64,000 nucleotides of DNA from an uncultured Gemmatimonadales bacterium (GCA_963825055.1 CAWGSK010000012.1:544001-608000); one strand, 5' to 3'; shown: positions 19,774 to 30,655, counted from the first letter of the stretch. Program-made: numbers and translations. The notes: a model not told the origin generated them from the sequence alone.

Positions 19774-21122
19774 TCCACCAGCTCCCGCCCGACCCGCGTG
19801 ATGTCTCCAGCGCCCATCGTGACTACGACGTCGCCGGGCTGGACCAGTCCGGCTACGCGCCGGGTGAGCTCGGCCCGCACCGGCTCGTACAGGACCGTGG
19901 CGCCCGCCGCGCGGGCGGCGTCAGCCACCAGGCGCCCCGTGACACCGGGAATCGGCTGCTCCCGCGCAGGATAGATGTCTGCCACCACGACCAGGTCCGC
20001 CTTCGCGAGAGCCTGCCCCATGAGGTCGGCGTAGGCCTGCGTCCGGCTGAACAGGTGCGGCTGGAAGACCGCAACCAGACGGCGCCCGGGAAATGCCTGT
20101 CGCGTGGCGGAAAGCGTCGCCGCGAGTTCGCTGTGGTGATGCGCGTAATCGTCCACCACCGCCACCCCAGCCACCTCGCCCAGGCGCTCGAATCGCCGCC
20201 CGAGCCCCCGGTATTCCGCCAGGGCGGCTGCCGCACCCTCAAGATTTCCATCGAGGGCCCAGACGGCGCAGAGGGCCCCGGCGGCGTTCCGCACGTTGTG
20301 GAGCCCCGGGACGGCCAGCCTGAGGTCCACGGAACGCCCATCGGGAAAGCTGACCGTTGTCCGCGACTCCGCCGCTGACCGGGCGACCGGGCCGATCCGG
20401 ACATCCGCGCCCTCGAACCCGAACCAGTGGGCGCCGGACACCCGCGCGCCAACCCTCCGCGCCCCCGCATCATCTGCCCCGAGAAAAGCGTGCCGCGCGC
20501 GGGAGGCAAATTCGGCGAACGACGCCTCGAGGGCATCCACCGAACCATAGCACTCGAGGTGGTCGGCTTCGACATTGCTGACCACGGCCACCGTCGGCTG
20601 GAGCGCGAGGAAGGCCTTGTCGTACTCGTCGGCCTCGACCACGAAGAGCTGGTCATCGCCCGGGCGCGCGTTGCCGCCCCATTGCTCGACCCTGCCCCCG
20701 GCCAGTCCCGTCGGGTCGCGCCCCGCAGCGGCCAGGGCGAGGGTCGTCATGACGGTGGTGGACGTCTTGCCGTGCGTTCCCGCGAGCGCGACCGACTCCC
20801 GACCGCCGATCAATCCCGCCAGGGCTTCCTTCCGCGGGACAACCGGGATGCCCGCCGCCCGGGCGGCAGCAATCTCGGGATGATCCGGGGCGATAGCCGC
20901 CGTCACCACCAGGGCCCTCACCCCCTGGACGTGGCCCGCCGAGTGGCCGCGCTCCACGGGCACACCCTCGCCCAGGAGGTCGCCGGCGCCCGACAGATCA
21001 GCATCGCAGCCACTCACAGCCACACCCCGGCGGTGCGCGATGAGCGCCAGGGCGCTCATCCCCGCCCCACCGATTCCCATGAAGTGTACGGGTCGGGTAT
21101 CCGAGGGATTGAAAAGGTCCAT
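19755..21122 (-). CDS. murC: UDP-N-acetylmuramate--L-alanine ligase
   Basis: HFMGIGGAGMS, GTHGKTSTT, VEADEYD, DDYAHH, FQPHLFSRT, MGAGDI. Confidence 0.96.
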   Translation of the reverse strand: MDLFNPSDTRPVHFMGIGGAGMSALALIAHRRGVAVSGCDADLSGAGDLLGEGVPVERGHSAGHVQGVRALVVTAAIAPDHPEIAAARAAGIPVVPRKEALAGLIGGRESVALAGTHGKTSTTVMTTLALAAAGRDPTGLAGGRVEQWGGNARPGDDQLFVVEADEYDKAFLALQPTVAVVSNVEADHLECYGSVDALEASFAEFASRARHAFLGADDAGARRVGARVSGAHWFGFEGADVRIGPVARSAAESRTTVSFPDGRSVDLRLAVPGLHNVRNAAGALCAVWALDGNLEGAAAALAEYRGLGRRFERLGEVAGVAVVDDYAHHHSELAATLSATRQAFPGRRLVAVFQPHLFSRTQAYADLMGQALAKADLVVVADIYPAREQPIPGVTGRLVADAARAAGATVLYEPVRAELTRRVAGLVQPGDVVVTMGAGDITRVGRELVEWLKAA

Positions 21123-21132
21123 CCTTGGAGGG

Positions 21133-22260
21133 CTAATTTACACTCTCGCCATAAGTTGCGAAAGAGCGACCCTGTTGCCAGAGTGTCGAGAATCTAGACA
21201 CAATTTCATCCACTGCGTGAGGTCGACCCCGGCTTCGCGCGGCTTCGGACATGGCCTGCCGGAGGGCCGGGTCCTGCAGGATGGCGGAGACTTCCCGCCC
21301 CAGGCGCTCGCCGCTGAGGTCCCCCTGCTTCAGCATGATCGAGGCACCGGCCTCGGCCATCGCCTCGGCGTTGCGCATCTGGTGGTCGGCTGCTGCGGTG
21401 GGCAGCGGGATGAGAATGGATGGCAGGCCCCAGACGCAAAGCTCCGCGAGCGTGCTCGCCCCGGCCCGGGTGATGGCAAGATCCGCCACCGCGTAGGCGT
21501 CGGCGATCGGATCGAGGAAGTCCACGACGGTCCGGCCCGGTGGTGCATGCCAGTGTCGGAATTCATCGTGGGTGCCCCGTCCGGTCGCCCAGATGAGCTG
21601 GCAGGACGGGAAACTACCCGTCTCCAGCGCCTGTGCGACGGCACGATTGAGCGCCAGGGCGCCCTGGCTCCCGCCCGTGACCAGGACGACGGGAAGACCA
21701 GGCGCCAGGCCGAATCGCTCGCGAGCGGCGCCGCGGCGTGACGGATCTGCCGGCACGACGGGGTTGCCGGTATCGAAGAGGCTGGCATGCGGAACCGCGG
21801 GGAGTCCCGCACGGATCTCCGGCACGCCGAGGTAGATGTGTCGCACCCGGCGGGCAAGCCACCGGGTGGCGACCCCCGGAACGGCGTTCTGCTCCTGCAG
21901 GGCGCAGGGAATGCCCCGCCGGCTCGCCTCCCACAGGACGGGACCGGCTGCATATCCCCCCGTGCCCAGGACCGCCACCGGCGATTCATCCTGCAGAATG
22001 CGCCGCACCTGAGCGAGGAGGCGCCACGCGAGAATGGGCCACCGGAGGTTGCGCCACCACTGACGGCGATAAATGGGCTCAGCGGGCAGGAGGTAGTGCC
22101 GGAAGTCACGCGTCGGGAGGATGTCCCGCTCCACCCCGCGTTCCGCGCCAATGAGCACCGGCTCCACTTCGGGCCACCTCTCGCGGAGCCGCGTGGCTAT
22201 GGCCAGGGCCGGCATCAGGTGGCCCCCGGTACCGCCGCCGGCAATCAGGACCGTGGGCAC
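21133..22260 (-). CDS. murG: Lipid II GlcNAc transferase MurG
   Basis: GGGTGGH, GTGGY, EQNAVPG, GGSQGA, RAGASTLAE, DHQMRNA. Confidence 0.96.
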   Translation of the reverse strand: MPTVLIAGGGTGGHLMPALAIATRLRERWPEVEPVLIGAERGVERDILPTRDFRHYLLPAEPIYRRQWWRNLRWPILAWRLLAQVRRILQDESPVAVLGTGGYAAGPVLWEASRRGIPCALQEQNAVPGVATRWLARRVRHIYLGVPEIRAGLPAVPHASLFDTGNPVVPADPSRRGAARERFGLAPGLPVVLVTGGSQGALALNRAVAQALETGSFPSCQLIWATGRGTHDEFRHWHAPPGRTVVDFLDPIADAYAVADLAITRAGASTLAELCVWGLPSILIPLPTAAADHQMRNAEAMAEAGASIMLKQGDLSGERLGREVSAILQDPALRQAMSEAARSRGRPHAVDEIVSRFSTLWQQGRSFATYGESVN

Positions 22261-23415
22261 TCAGTCGTTTTCCCGTTCGGGGGAACGTTCCGCCCGGGCG
22301 GGCCGTCCCCGTTGTCGGCCGATGTTGATCAGGATGCCCGTCGCCCCGAGCGAGACGACCAGCCCGCTGCCGCCGGCCGACATGAACGGGAGGAGCACGC
22401 CGGTGCTGGGCATGAGGCCCAGGGTGACGGACATGTGCAGGATAGCGGCGACGCCGACGGCGGTGGTGAGTCCCACCGCGAGGAACTGCCCGAACGGGTC
22501 CGGTGCCGTACGCGCGATCCGGAAACCCATCCAGCAGAACATGGCGAACAGCATGATCACCACCAGCACGCCCAGCAGGCCCCATTCCTCGCCGATGACG
22601 CTGAAGAGGAAGTCTACGTACGCGTAGGGGAGGAAGCCGAGCTTCTGCTGTCCTTCGCCGAACCCCACGCCGAAGATCCCGCCGGCCCCGAACCCCACCA
22701 GTGACTGGTGCAGCTGGGTACTCTCGGGCCCACCTCCGCTCCGGAAGGCCAGAATCCGCTGCAGCCGGTAGTCAACCTGGAGCTGGTTGGCCAGGATCGG
22801 GGTCATGGCGATGGCGAGCAGGATGAGGTGCCCGATGCGGGCGCCAGCGGTGAACACCACGATGAGCCCGAGCACGCCCACGAGCGCCGCCATGGACAGG
22901 TTGGGCTCCAGCAGGATGAGCCCGGCCACCATCCCGATGATGAGCAGGAAGGGGACGACGCCTTTCTTGAAGTCCCGCACCTGCGCGCCTTTCTTCGCCG
23001 CCAGCATGGCACACCACACCACCAGGGTGACCCGCGCAACCTCGGAAGGCTGCAGCGTGACCGGCCCGAAACGGATCCAGCGCCGAGCGCCGTTGATGAC
23101 CGGTGCGATGTCATGGGTGAACGGGAGGAGGGGGAGCAGCAGCAGCCCGAGCGTGCCCAGCAACAGCGGCCACGCCAGCCGGCGCCAGACGTGATAGTCG
23201 ACACGCGCCGCGATGAGCAGTACGACACCGCCCACGATGGCCGCAATGAACTGCTTGAAGGCGAGATTGCCGCCGAACCGGCCGCTGTTGGCCAGGAGGC
23301 TGGAAGCCGCGTAGCTGCTGGTGATCCCCAGGACGACCAGCGTGGTCGTGACCACCGCGAGCAGCCTCGTCTCCCAGCGCAGGTCGCCCGGGTGGCGAAT
23401 GGCCGGTGCGCTCAC
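22261..23415 (-). CDS. ftsW: SEDS peptidoglycan polymerase FtsW
   Basis: NGARRWI, LQPSE, LEPNL, FLPYAYVDFLFSVIGEEWG, MPSTGVLLPFMSAGGS; GTG start overlaps the murD stop. Confidence 0.94.
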   Translation of the reverse strand: MSAPAIRHPGDLRWETRLLAVVTTTLVVLGITSSYAASSLLANSGRFGGNLAFKQFIAAIVGGVVLLIAARVDYHVWRRLAWPLLLGTLGLLLLPLLPFTHDIAPVINGARRWIRFGPVTLQPSEVARVTLVVWCAMLAAKKGAQVRDFKKGVVPFLLIIGMVAGLILLEPNLSMAALVGVLGLIVVFTAGARIGHLILLAIAMTPILANQLQVDYRLQRILAFRSGGGPESTQLHQSLVGFGAGGIFGVGFGEGQQKLGFLPYAYVDFLFSVIGEEWGLLGVLVVIMLFAMFCWMGFRIARTAPDPFGQFLAVGLTTAVGVAAILHMSVTLGLMPSTGVLLPFMSAGGSGLVVSLGATGILINIGRQRGRPARAERSPEREND

Positions 23416-24752
23416 ATCGCCTCCACGAGGCGGCGGAAGGTGGTGCCCCGCTCTTCGTAGTTGCGGAACATGTCGAAGCTGGAGCACGCGGGTGAGAGCA
23501 GCACGGCATCTCCCGGGCGGGCGAGCCGCCGCGCCTCCGCCATCACCTCATCGAAGGCCCCCGCCCCGGACACCGGGATGCTCCCGGCCAGGTCATGCTC
23601 GACCATGGCCCGGGCCTCGCCGAACGCGACCACGGCGCGACAGCGGGTGAGCCCATCCAGGAGCGCGGTATAGGGCTCCCCCTTGTGACGGCCGCCGAGC
23701 AGCACGACGAACGGGCGGTCCATCGCCTCCAGGGCCACCCGGGTGGACGCGACGTTCGTGGCCTTCGAGTCATTGATCCACAGCACGCCCGACACCTCCC
23801 GGACCGGCTCCAGCCTGTGGGACAGGGCCCGGAACGTGCCGAGCCCGCGGGCGATCGCGGCGGGGGCCACGCCGGCGGTGGCCACGGCGAGGGAGGCCGC
23901 CAGGGCATTGGCGACGTTGTGGTCGCCCAGCAGCTGGAGGTGGCCGCGCGGCAGGAGCGGCTCACCGTGGAGCACCAGTTCCTGTTTGTCCCGGTCGTAC
24001 CACGCGTCCGCGCGTTCCCGGACCGAGAAGGTCCGCCGGGTTCCCGCCACGTCCCAGGCCAGCCCCATCACCTCGGCATCGTCGGCATTCAGGACCCAGG
24101 TCGACTCCGGGCGCGCGTTGCGGAACAGCAGCGCCTTATCGGCGTAGTACTCCGCGAGCGAGGCGTACCGGTCCAGGTGGTCAGGCGAGAGGTTGGTCAG
24201 CACGCCAACCGTCGGCACGAACTGCGTCGTGTCATGCAGCTGGAAGGACGAGATCTCGACGGCCACCCAGTCGTAGGGTTGCTCCTCGAGGACGACGGCC
24301 GAGAGGGGCAGCCCGATGTTGCCCGCGGCAGTGGCCCGGAGCCCGCCCGCCTCCAGCAGGTGGGCAGCCAGGGCCGTGGTGGTGGTTTTGCCGTTGGTGC
24401 CGGTGACGACGATGGTCCGCTGCTCGGGCCGGGCCTCCGCCGCCAGGTCGATCTCGCTCGACACGGGCACGCCGGCTTCGCGCGCCGCGACGAGTGGCGG
24501 CGCTTCCGGCGGAATTCCCGGCGAGACGATCACCCGCACCGCGTGCTCGATCCGCGCGAGGTTATGTGTGCCCACGTCCACGTCAGCGCCGAGCCGCCGC
24601 AGGTCCGCCGCGACGGGCTCGAGTGCCTCGCCGCCCGAACGGTCCGAGGCATAGACCGGCACGCCGTGGTGCCGCAGGAGCCGCACGGCGGCGCTCCCGC
24701 TCCGGCCCAGCCCGAGCACGGCGACCTCCCGGTCGCGCCAGGCATCGAACAT
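23412..24752 (-). CDS. murD: UDP-MurNAc-L-Ala--D-Glu ligase
   Basis: GLGRSG, SPGIP, TGTNGKTTT, EISSFQL, DHLDRY, NDSKATN, LLSPACSSFDMF. Confidence 0.96.
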   Translation of the reverse strand: MFDAWRDREVAVLGLGRSGSAAVRLLRHHGVPVYASDRSGGEALEPVAADLRRLGADVDVGTHNLARIEHAVRVIVSPGIPPEAPPLVAAREAGVPVSSEIDLAAEARPEQRTIVVTGTNGKTTTTALAAHLLEAGGLRATAAGNIGLPLSAVVLEEQPYDWVAVEISSFQLHDTTQFVPTVGVLTNLSPDHLDRYASLAEYYADKALLFRNARPESTWVLNADDAEVMGLAWDVAGTRRTFSVRERADAWYDRDKQELVLHGEPLLPRGHLQLLGDHNVANALAASLAVATAGVAPAAIARGLGTFRALSHRLEPVREVSGVLWINDSKATNVASTRVALEAMDRPFVVLLGGRHKGEPYTALLDGLTRCRAVVAFGEARAMVEHDLAGSIPVSGAGAFDEVMAEARRLARPGDAVLLSPACSSFDMFRNYEERGTTFRRLVEAM

Positions 24753-25879
24753 CAGCGCAGCTTGAGCGTCGAGAATGCGATCAGGGCGCAGAGGACTCCC
24801 ACGATGTAGAAGCGGGTCACGACCGTGGTCTCGGTCCAGCCAAGTTTCTCGAAATGGTGATGGATCGGGGCCATGCGGAAGACACGGTGCGCATCGGCAT
24901 ACTCCCTGCCGCGCGTCCGCTTGAACCAGCGGTAGACCCCGGTCTGCAGGATCACCGAGAAAGCCTCTGCCGCAAACACCCCGCCGATCAGCAGGAGGAG
25001 GAACTCCGACTTGAGGAGGATGGCCACGGTGCCGATGGCCCCGCCGATGGCCAGGCTCCCGGTGTCGCCCATGAAGACCTGCGCCGGGTGGGCGTTGAAC
25101 CAGAGGAACCCGAGGCAGCCCCCCATGAGTGCCGCGCAGAAGACCGCAAGCTCGCCCGCACCGGGCAGGAAGAACAGGTTCAGGTACTCGGTCGCGTCCA
25201 CCCTGCCCAGCAGGTAGGCGAAGAAGGCAAAGGCAGCCGCGGCAATGGCCGCGAGCCCGGTGGCGAGGCCGTCGAGGCCATCAGTCAGATTGACCGCGTT
25301 GGTGCTGCCCGTGATGACGGTGGTGACGAAGAGCAGGTAGAGCCACGGCGCGAAGACCACCACCAGGTACTTGAAGAACGGCAACGTGGTGCCCGTCGCG
25401 GGGATGGAGGACGGGTCCACCATCGGCCAGCGGAGCAACACGAATCCCAGCACCACGCCGAACGTGACCTGCCCCAGCAGCTTCCACTTCGCCACCAGCC
25501 CGCGGGACTTGCCCTGCACCACCTTGAGGTAATCGTCAAGGAAGCCGATGCCGCCCATCCAGAGCGTGGCGAAGAGCGCCACGATCACGAGCCGGTTGGT
25601 GATCTGGGCCCAGAGCAGCGTGGGGACGACCGTCGAGAGCAGGATGATGAGCCCGCCCATGGTCGGGGTGCCACGCTTGCCCTGGTGTGATGCAGGCCCT
25701 TCCGCCCGGATAATCTGTCCGACCTTCCGTGCCCGGAGCACCCGGATGATACCCGGCCCGAACACGAACGCCATGAGGAGCGCGGTCGCCATCGCCCCCG
25801 CCGCCCGGAAGCTCAGGTAATTGAAGAGATTGAAAATGATGTAGGTCTTGCCGAGCGGGGCGAGCAGGTGGTAGAACAT
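24752..25879 (-). CDS. mraY: Phospho-MurNAc-pentapeptide transferase
   Basis: KRGTPTMGG, GFLDDYLK, NAVNLTDGLDGL, FMGDTGSL, MAPIHHHFE. Confidence 0.97.
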   Translation of the reverse strand: MFYHLLAPLGKTYIIFNLFNYLSFRAAGAMATALLMAFVFGPGIIRVLRARKVGQIIRAEGPASHQGKRGTPTMGGLIILLSTVVPTLLWAQITNRLVIVALFATLWMGGIGFLDDYLKVVQGKSRGLVAKWKLLGQVTFGVVLGFVLLRWPMVDPSSIPATGTTLPFFKYLVVVFAPWLYLLFVTTVITGSTNAVNLTDGLDGLATGLAAIAAAAFAFFAYLLGRVDATEYLNLFFLPGAGELAVFCAALMGGCLGFLWFNAHPAQVFMGDTGSLAIGGAIGTVAILLKSEFLLLLIGGVFAAEAFSVILQTGVYRWFKRTRGREYADAHRVFRMAPIHHHFEKLGWTETTVVTRFYIVGVLCALIAFSTLKLR

Positions 25880-25885
25880 CGCGCC

Positions 25886-27241
25886 TCAGTGCGAGGGGGC
25901 GGGGCGGTCGGTCAACCAGGGTAAGATACGCTCCAGGGCGACGCCTCGCGACGCCTTCAGGATGATCACTTCGTGGCCCGTCAGCCGGCGGGCCAGTTCC
26001 GGACCCAGGGATTCGACGTCCGGGGCGGTCAGGAGCCCCTCGCCGAGCCGTCCCCGGAAGGGTTCCAGCGCGCTCGCGAACTCCCCGACTCCCGCCAGCA
26101 CGTCAGGGGCAAGGTCCACCAGTTCGCCGGCGATGGCGGCATGGAGCTCGGAGGAGGCCTCCCCGAGTTCGCGCATGGTGCCGGCCACGAACACCAGGCG
26201 GCGGCCCTGCCGGAGCGCCCGTGCCGTGGCTATCGCCGCCCGGAAGGACAGCGGGTTGGCATTGTACGCATCGTGCAGGATCGTAAGCCCACCCGACGTC
26301 AGGAGTTCGCCCCGGCCGCCGGGAAGCGTGAGGCCCGAGAGCGCCGCCGCGGCCGGCTGGCGATCGAGCCCGAGCTCCCGGACCAGGACCCAGGCCAGCA
26401 TGGCGTTCGCCACCAGGTGCGGCCCCGGGATGGGAAGCGTGACCCGCACGCCGTCGATCCGGAACCACCCCTGCCCCGCCTCGTCCACGCCGGTCTCCTC
26501 CGGGGTCACATCCGCGTCCGCGAAACCGGCGGTGACCACCCGCCCGGCCAGCGCCCGGGCGCTTTCCGCCAGCGACGGCGGCGCGGTGCCGACGATCGCC
26601 AGCGGCACGCCGTGCGCCAGCGACAGTTTCTCCCGCATGACGCCCTCCACCGAACCGAAACCCTCAAGGTGCGCCTCGGCCACGTTCGTGATGACCGTGA
26701 TGCGCGGCTCGATGATATGGCGGGCGCGCTCCAGCTCGCCCGTCTCGCTCGCCCCCGCCTCGATCACCAGCGCCTCGGTATCCTCCGGGGCGTCGAGGAG
26801 GGTCAGCGGAATGCCGACCAGGTTATTCAGGTTGGCCCGGGTGGCGTGCGTCCGGTAGCGGGTACGAAGCACGGCCGCCACCATCTCCTTCGTGCTCGTC
26901 TTCCCGTTGCTGCCGGTGATGGCCACGACGGGACCGGGGACCGCACGGCGACGCACCCGGCCGAGGGCCCCGAGCGCGACGAGGGTGTCCTCGACTTCCA
27001 GCACCGGAAGGCCGGAGGGGGGCACCGTGCCGCGCCGGACCACCGCCGCACCAGCGCCGGCGTCTCGCGCCCGGTCGAGGTGGTCGTGCGCGTCATGGCG
27101 CGGACCGGCGAGGGCCACGAACAACTCCCCCGGCGCCAGGGTACGGGTATCGGTCGAGACGCCCGCAAATTCCAGGGGTGGCGACCCCGTCCAGATCCCG
27201 TCGGTGGCTTCGCGCACGCGCGCGGCGGTCCAGGCTGTCAT
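25886..27241 (-). CDS. murF: UDP-MurNAc-tripeptide--D-Ala-D-Ala ligase
   Basis: STDTR, ITGSNGKTSTKE, NNLVGIP, DAYNANP, MRELG, KASRG. Confidence 0.95.
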   Translation of the reverse strand: MTAWTAARVREATDGIWTGSPPLEFAGVSTDTRTLAPGELFVALAGPRHDAHDHLDRARDAGAGAAVVRRGTVPPSGLPVLEVEDTLVALGALGRVRRRAVPGPVVAITGSNGKTSTKEMVAAVLRTRYRTHATRANLNNLVGIPLTLLDAPEDTEALVIEAGASETGELERARHIIEPRITVITNVAEAHLEGFGSVEGVMREKLSLAHGVPLAIVGTAPPSLAESARALAGRVVTAGFADADVTPEETGVDEAGQGWFRIDGVRVTLPIPGPHLVANAMLAWVLVRELGLDRQPAAAALSGLTLPGGRGELLTSGGLTILHDAYNANPLSFRAAIATARALRQGRRLVFVAGTMRELGEASSELHAAIAGELVDLAPDVLAGVGEFASALEPFRGRLGEGLLTAPDVESLGPELARRLTGHEVIILKASRGVALERILPWLTDRPAPSH

Positions 27242-28692
27242 GAGTCCAGCGCCTCCAGCACGATGGCACGCTCGTCGAAGGGCAGCTTCTCCCGTCCGAC
27301 CACCTGGTACGTCTCATGTCCCTTGCCTGCGAGCAGCACGGTATCCTCGGGGCGGGCCAGCGACAGGGCCAGGCGGATCGCCTCGCGGCGGTCGGTCCGC
27401 CGCTCGTGCCGGCGGCCGGGCATCCCGGCTTCGATGTCGTCGATGATCGCGTCGGGTTTCTCGGTGCGGGGGTTGTCGCTGGTCACCACCGCCAGGTCAG
27501 CGCCCTCCGCGGCGATGCGGCCCATCTCCGGACGCTTGCCCCGGTCGCGGTCACCACCGCAGCCGAAGACCACCATCAGGCGCCCCTTCGTGACCGGCCG
27601 CAGGGCCGCCAGGGCGCGCTCCAGCGCGTCGGGAGTGTGCGCATAGTCCCGGAGCACCACGCACGGTTCCTCGACGAGCACCTCCATCCGTCCCGGCACC
27701 TGCGGCGCGTCCGACAACCGCCCCGCCACTTCCGGCAGCGGCCGCCCCAGGGCGAGGGCGGCGGCGGCGGCCGCCAGCGCGTTCGCGACGTTGTAATCCC
27801 CCAGGAGCGGGAGGCGCACCTCGGCGTCTCCCCACGGCGAGCTCAACCGGAACGCGCTTCCCGCCCGGTGCAGGTACAGGTCGGTTGCGCGAACGTCCGC
27901 ATCCGGACCCAGGCCGAAGGTCACGCGCTCCTGCCGCGGGGGCAGCGCCACCCAGGCCGGGTCGTCCGCGTTCACGATTTCCACCCCACCGGGGATCAGG
28001 AGGCCGGAGAGCCGGAGCTTCGCGGCAAGGTAGTTCTCCATCGTGCCGTGATAATCGAGGTGATCGCGCGTCACGTTGGTGAACACCGCCGCGGCAAACC
28101 GGAGCGTGTCGAGACGGCCCTGATCGAGGCTGTGGGAACTGGCCTCCATCACCACGTGATCGCAGCCGCGGTCTCGGAGGGCGGCCAGCGTGGCCTGCAG
28201 CTCGATCGGACCGGGGGTGGTGAGGGAACCGGCCTCGGAGGGGATCGCCTCGCCCGCTCCATCGTACGCGCCCAGGGTACCGATGCCCCCCGCCGTGCCG
28301 TCACCGTTGAGCAGGTGCCGGGTCAGGGCGGTGGTGGTCGTCTTGCCGTTCGTGCCGGTGACGCCGACCAGGGTCATCTCCGCCGACGGGTTCCCGTACC
28401 ACTCCCGGGCCGCGATCCGGGCCGCGCGGCGTCCGTCCCGTACCACGACGCGAGGTACCGGCAGATCGGCATCAGCCTCCAACACAACCGCCACCGCACC
28501 ACGGCGGACCGCGTCGGGCAGGAAGGCGTGGCCGTCACTCTGGCTGCCCCGGATCGCGAAGTAGACATCGCCGGGGACCACGGCGCGACTGTCCAGCGTG
28601 AGGCCCGAGACCGCCGGATCATTTGCCGGCGCGTGGAGCACCTCGCCGGCGGCCGCAAGGTGCCGCACCAGTTCGGAGAGGGTGCGGCTCAC
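27238..28692 (-). CDS. murE: UDP-MurNAc-dipeptide--meso-DAP ligase
   Basis: GTNGKTTT, MEASSHSL, DHLDYH, DYAHTPDAL, FGCGGDRD, DNPR (mDAP-type), AGKGHE; GTG start at 28692. Confidence 0.96.
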   Translation of the reverse strand: MSRTLSELVRHLAAAGEVLHAPANDPAVSGLTLDSRAVVPGDVYFAIRGSQSDGHAFLPDAVRRGAVAVVLEADADLPVPRVVVRDGRRAARIAAREWYGNPSAEMTLVGVTGTNGKTTTTALTRHLLNGDGTAGGIGTLGAYDGAGEAIPSEAGSLTTPGPIELQATLAALRDRGCDHVVMEASSHSLDQGRLDTLRFAAAVFTNVTRDHLDYHGTMENYLAAKLRLSGLLIPGGVEIVNADDPAWVALPPRQERVTFGLGPDADVRATDLYLHRAGSAFRLSSPWGDAEVRLPLLGDYNVANALAAAAAALALGRPLPEVAGRLSDAPQVPGRMEVLVEEPCVVLRDYAHTPDALERALAALRPVTKGRLMVVFGCGGDRDRGKRPEMGRIAAEGADLAVVTSDNPRTEKPDAIIDDIEAGMPGRRHERRTDRREAIRLALSLARPEDTVLLAGKGHETYQVVGREKLPFDERAIVLEALDS

Positions 28693-30653
28693 TGCGCCTC
28701 CGCTGCCCACAGGGTCACCGTGCCGCCGGTCCGGAGGGAGTCCCCTGCGCCGGGTGACATCCGCCGCACCATGCCGAGCCCGTGGAGGGCGACCCGGAAC
28801 CCGCGCCGGTGGAGGAGCAATGCGGCCTGCCTGACCGTCTTCCCGTCCACATCCGGCACCGCGAACCGCCGAGGCGATTCCGCGCGGTCGGGTGCGAGCG
28901 GCCAGGAAACCGCCTCGACCGGCGCGGGCTCGGGACGCGCCGCCTGGGTCCGTGGTGTCACGGCGGTGGCCGGCCGGGTTCCGATACGCGACCGGTCCAG
29001 CGCGACGTGCGAGGATGCCATGACCTGCTTGAGGAGGTCGTGCGTCACCGGCGCCGCCGTCTCGCTGGCGTAATAACGGCCTGCGGGGCTGTCGAGCTTC
29101 ACCACCGTGACCAGCTGGGGATCCTCGGCGGGAAAGATGGAGGCGAACGAGGCGGTGTAATCAGCAGTGTACCGCCCGTTGACGAGCTTCTTCGCGGTGC
29201 CGGTCTTTCCCAGGATCTGGAAGTTTGCCAGCTGGGCCCGGGCGCCGGTCCCGCCGGTGCCCGCGGCGGACGCGAGGTAGGAGCGGAGGCGTGCCGCCAC
29301 CTCCGGCGACACCGCGCGACGCACGGGCTCGGGTTGGTGCCGGTAGAGAATGGCGCCCTCCGGCGCACGGATCTCCCGGACCAGCGCCGGATTGAGGAGG
29401 AGGCCATCGTTCGCGATGGCGCCGTAGGCCGCGGCGAGCTGGACCGGCGTCACGGAGAACTCATACCCCATCGCGAGGCTCGCCTGGGTATAGGCGTCCC
29501 ACCGGTCCGGGGAACGCAGGAACCCGCGTGATTCGGAGGGATACTCCACGCCCGTGGGGCTGCCGAACCCGAAGTCGCGGAGCTGGTCGTACTGTTCCTC
29601 GTAGCTGAGCATGTGCGAGAACTTGCCCATCGCGATGTTGCTCGAGACCTCCACCGCCTCGGCCAGCGTGAGGTATCCCTCCACGACATGGCTGTCCTCG
29701 ATGCGGCGGGTGCGGGTGCTGTCGCGATTGAGCGGCATGAGCCAGCGGCCGTGCTCGCCGTAGACCACGGTCGAGCTGTCGATCCGGTCGTGCGCCAGCA
29801 GGGCGGCAGCCGTGAAGAGTTTGGCCGTGCTTCCGGGCTCGTAGGTGTCGGTGAGCGCGGAGGGACGGGCGGTTCCGTCCCGGCGCCGGCTGGCCATGGC
29901 CAGAATTTCCCCCGTGGCCGGGTCGACCATGACGATATCACCCGCGGCCGCGTCGTATTCCTCGAGCGCTGACGCGAGGCTCGCCTCGGCGATCTCCTGC
30001 AGCTCGCTGTCCAGGGTGAGGTAGACATCCGCCCCCGGCACGGGGTCGCGTATCTCGCGTGATGGGGACGGATATTCCCTGCCCCGGGAGTCCTTCAGCA
30101 CCACGCGTTCGCCGGGGCGTCCCGTGAGTATGGAATCCAGGGAGAGTTCCAGCCCCGAGCGTCCCACGCCGCTGTCCGAGGTGACGCGGCCGATGATAGG
30201 GGCGGCGAGATCCAGATTCTGGTACGTGCGGGAGTACACCGGGTCGGGGTGCACCCCGTTCTGCCCCCGCAGGTCCGCGATCTGGTCGGCGGTGAACGGG
30301 CCATGGTAGTAGATCCACGGGCGCCCCTTCCCGAAGTCCTGGCGCACGCGTGCGGCGGGTATCCTGAGATCGCGCGTCAGCAGCCGTCGTACCGTCGTCT
30401 CGTCCCGCAGCTCATTGGGGGCGATGCCGATGTGGTAGACCTCATTGGTGGTCGCGAGCGGGACGCCGTTGCGGTCCAGGATCGCGCCGCGCCGCGCCGG
30501 GACAACCTGGTGCTCCGTGCGCGTCCGCGCTGCTTCCCTCGCCCAGGTATCCTGCTCGAACACCTGCACCTGCACGGCCCGGCCGACAACGGCCGCGAAG
30601 GCGAGGAAAAAGCCGAACTGCACGAAGGCGATGCGCGCGGTCGGGCGGGCCAT
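28689..30653 (-). CDS. ftsI: Division transpeptidase PBP3 with C-terminal PASTA domain
   Basis: RRGAILDRNG, EPGSTAK (SxxK), SSN, KTGTA, C-terminal VPDVDGKT PASTA-like repeat. Confidence 0.93.
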   Translation of the reverse strand: MARPTARIAFVQFGFFLAFAAVVGRAVQVQVFEQDTWAREAARTRTEHQVVPARRGAILDRNGVPLATTNEVYHIGIAPNELRDETTVRRLLTRDLRIPAARVRQDFGKGRPWIYYHGPFTADQIADLRGQNGVHPDPVYSRTYQNLDLAAPIIGRVTSDSGVGRSGLELSLDSILTGRPGERVVLKDSRGREYPSPSREIRDPVPGADVYLTLDSELQEIAEASLASALEEYDAAAGDIVMVDPATGEILAMASRRRDGTARPSALTDTYEPGSTAKLFTAAALLAHDRIDSSTVVYGEHGRWLMPLNRDSTRTRRIEDSHVVEGYLTLAEAVEVSSNIAMGKFSHMLSYEEQYDQLRDFGFGSPTGVEYPSESRGFLRSPDRWDAYTQASLAMGYEFSVTPVQLAAAYGAIANDGLLLNPALVREIRAPEGAILYRHQPEPVRRAVSPEVAARLRSYLASAAGTGGTGARAQLANFQILGKTGTAKKLVNGRYTADYTASFASIFPAEDPQLVTVVKLDSPAGRYYASETAAPVTHDLLKQVMASSHVALDRSRIGTRPATAVTPRTQAARPEPAPVEAVSWPLAPDRAESPRRFAVPDVDGKTVRQAALLLHRRGFRVALHGLGMVRRMSPGAGDSLRTGGTVTLWAAEAQ

Positions 30654-30655
30654 GG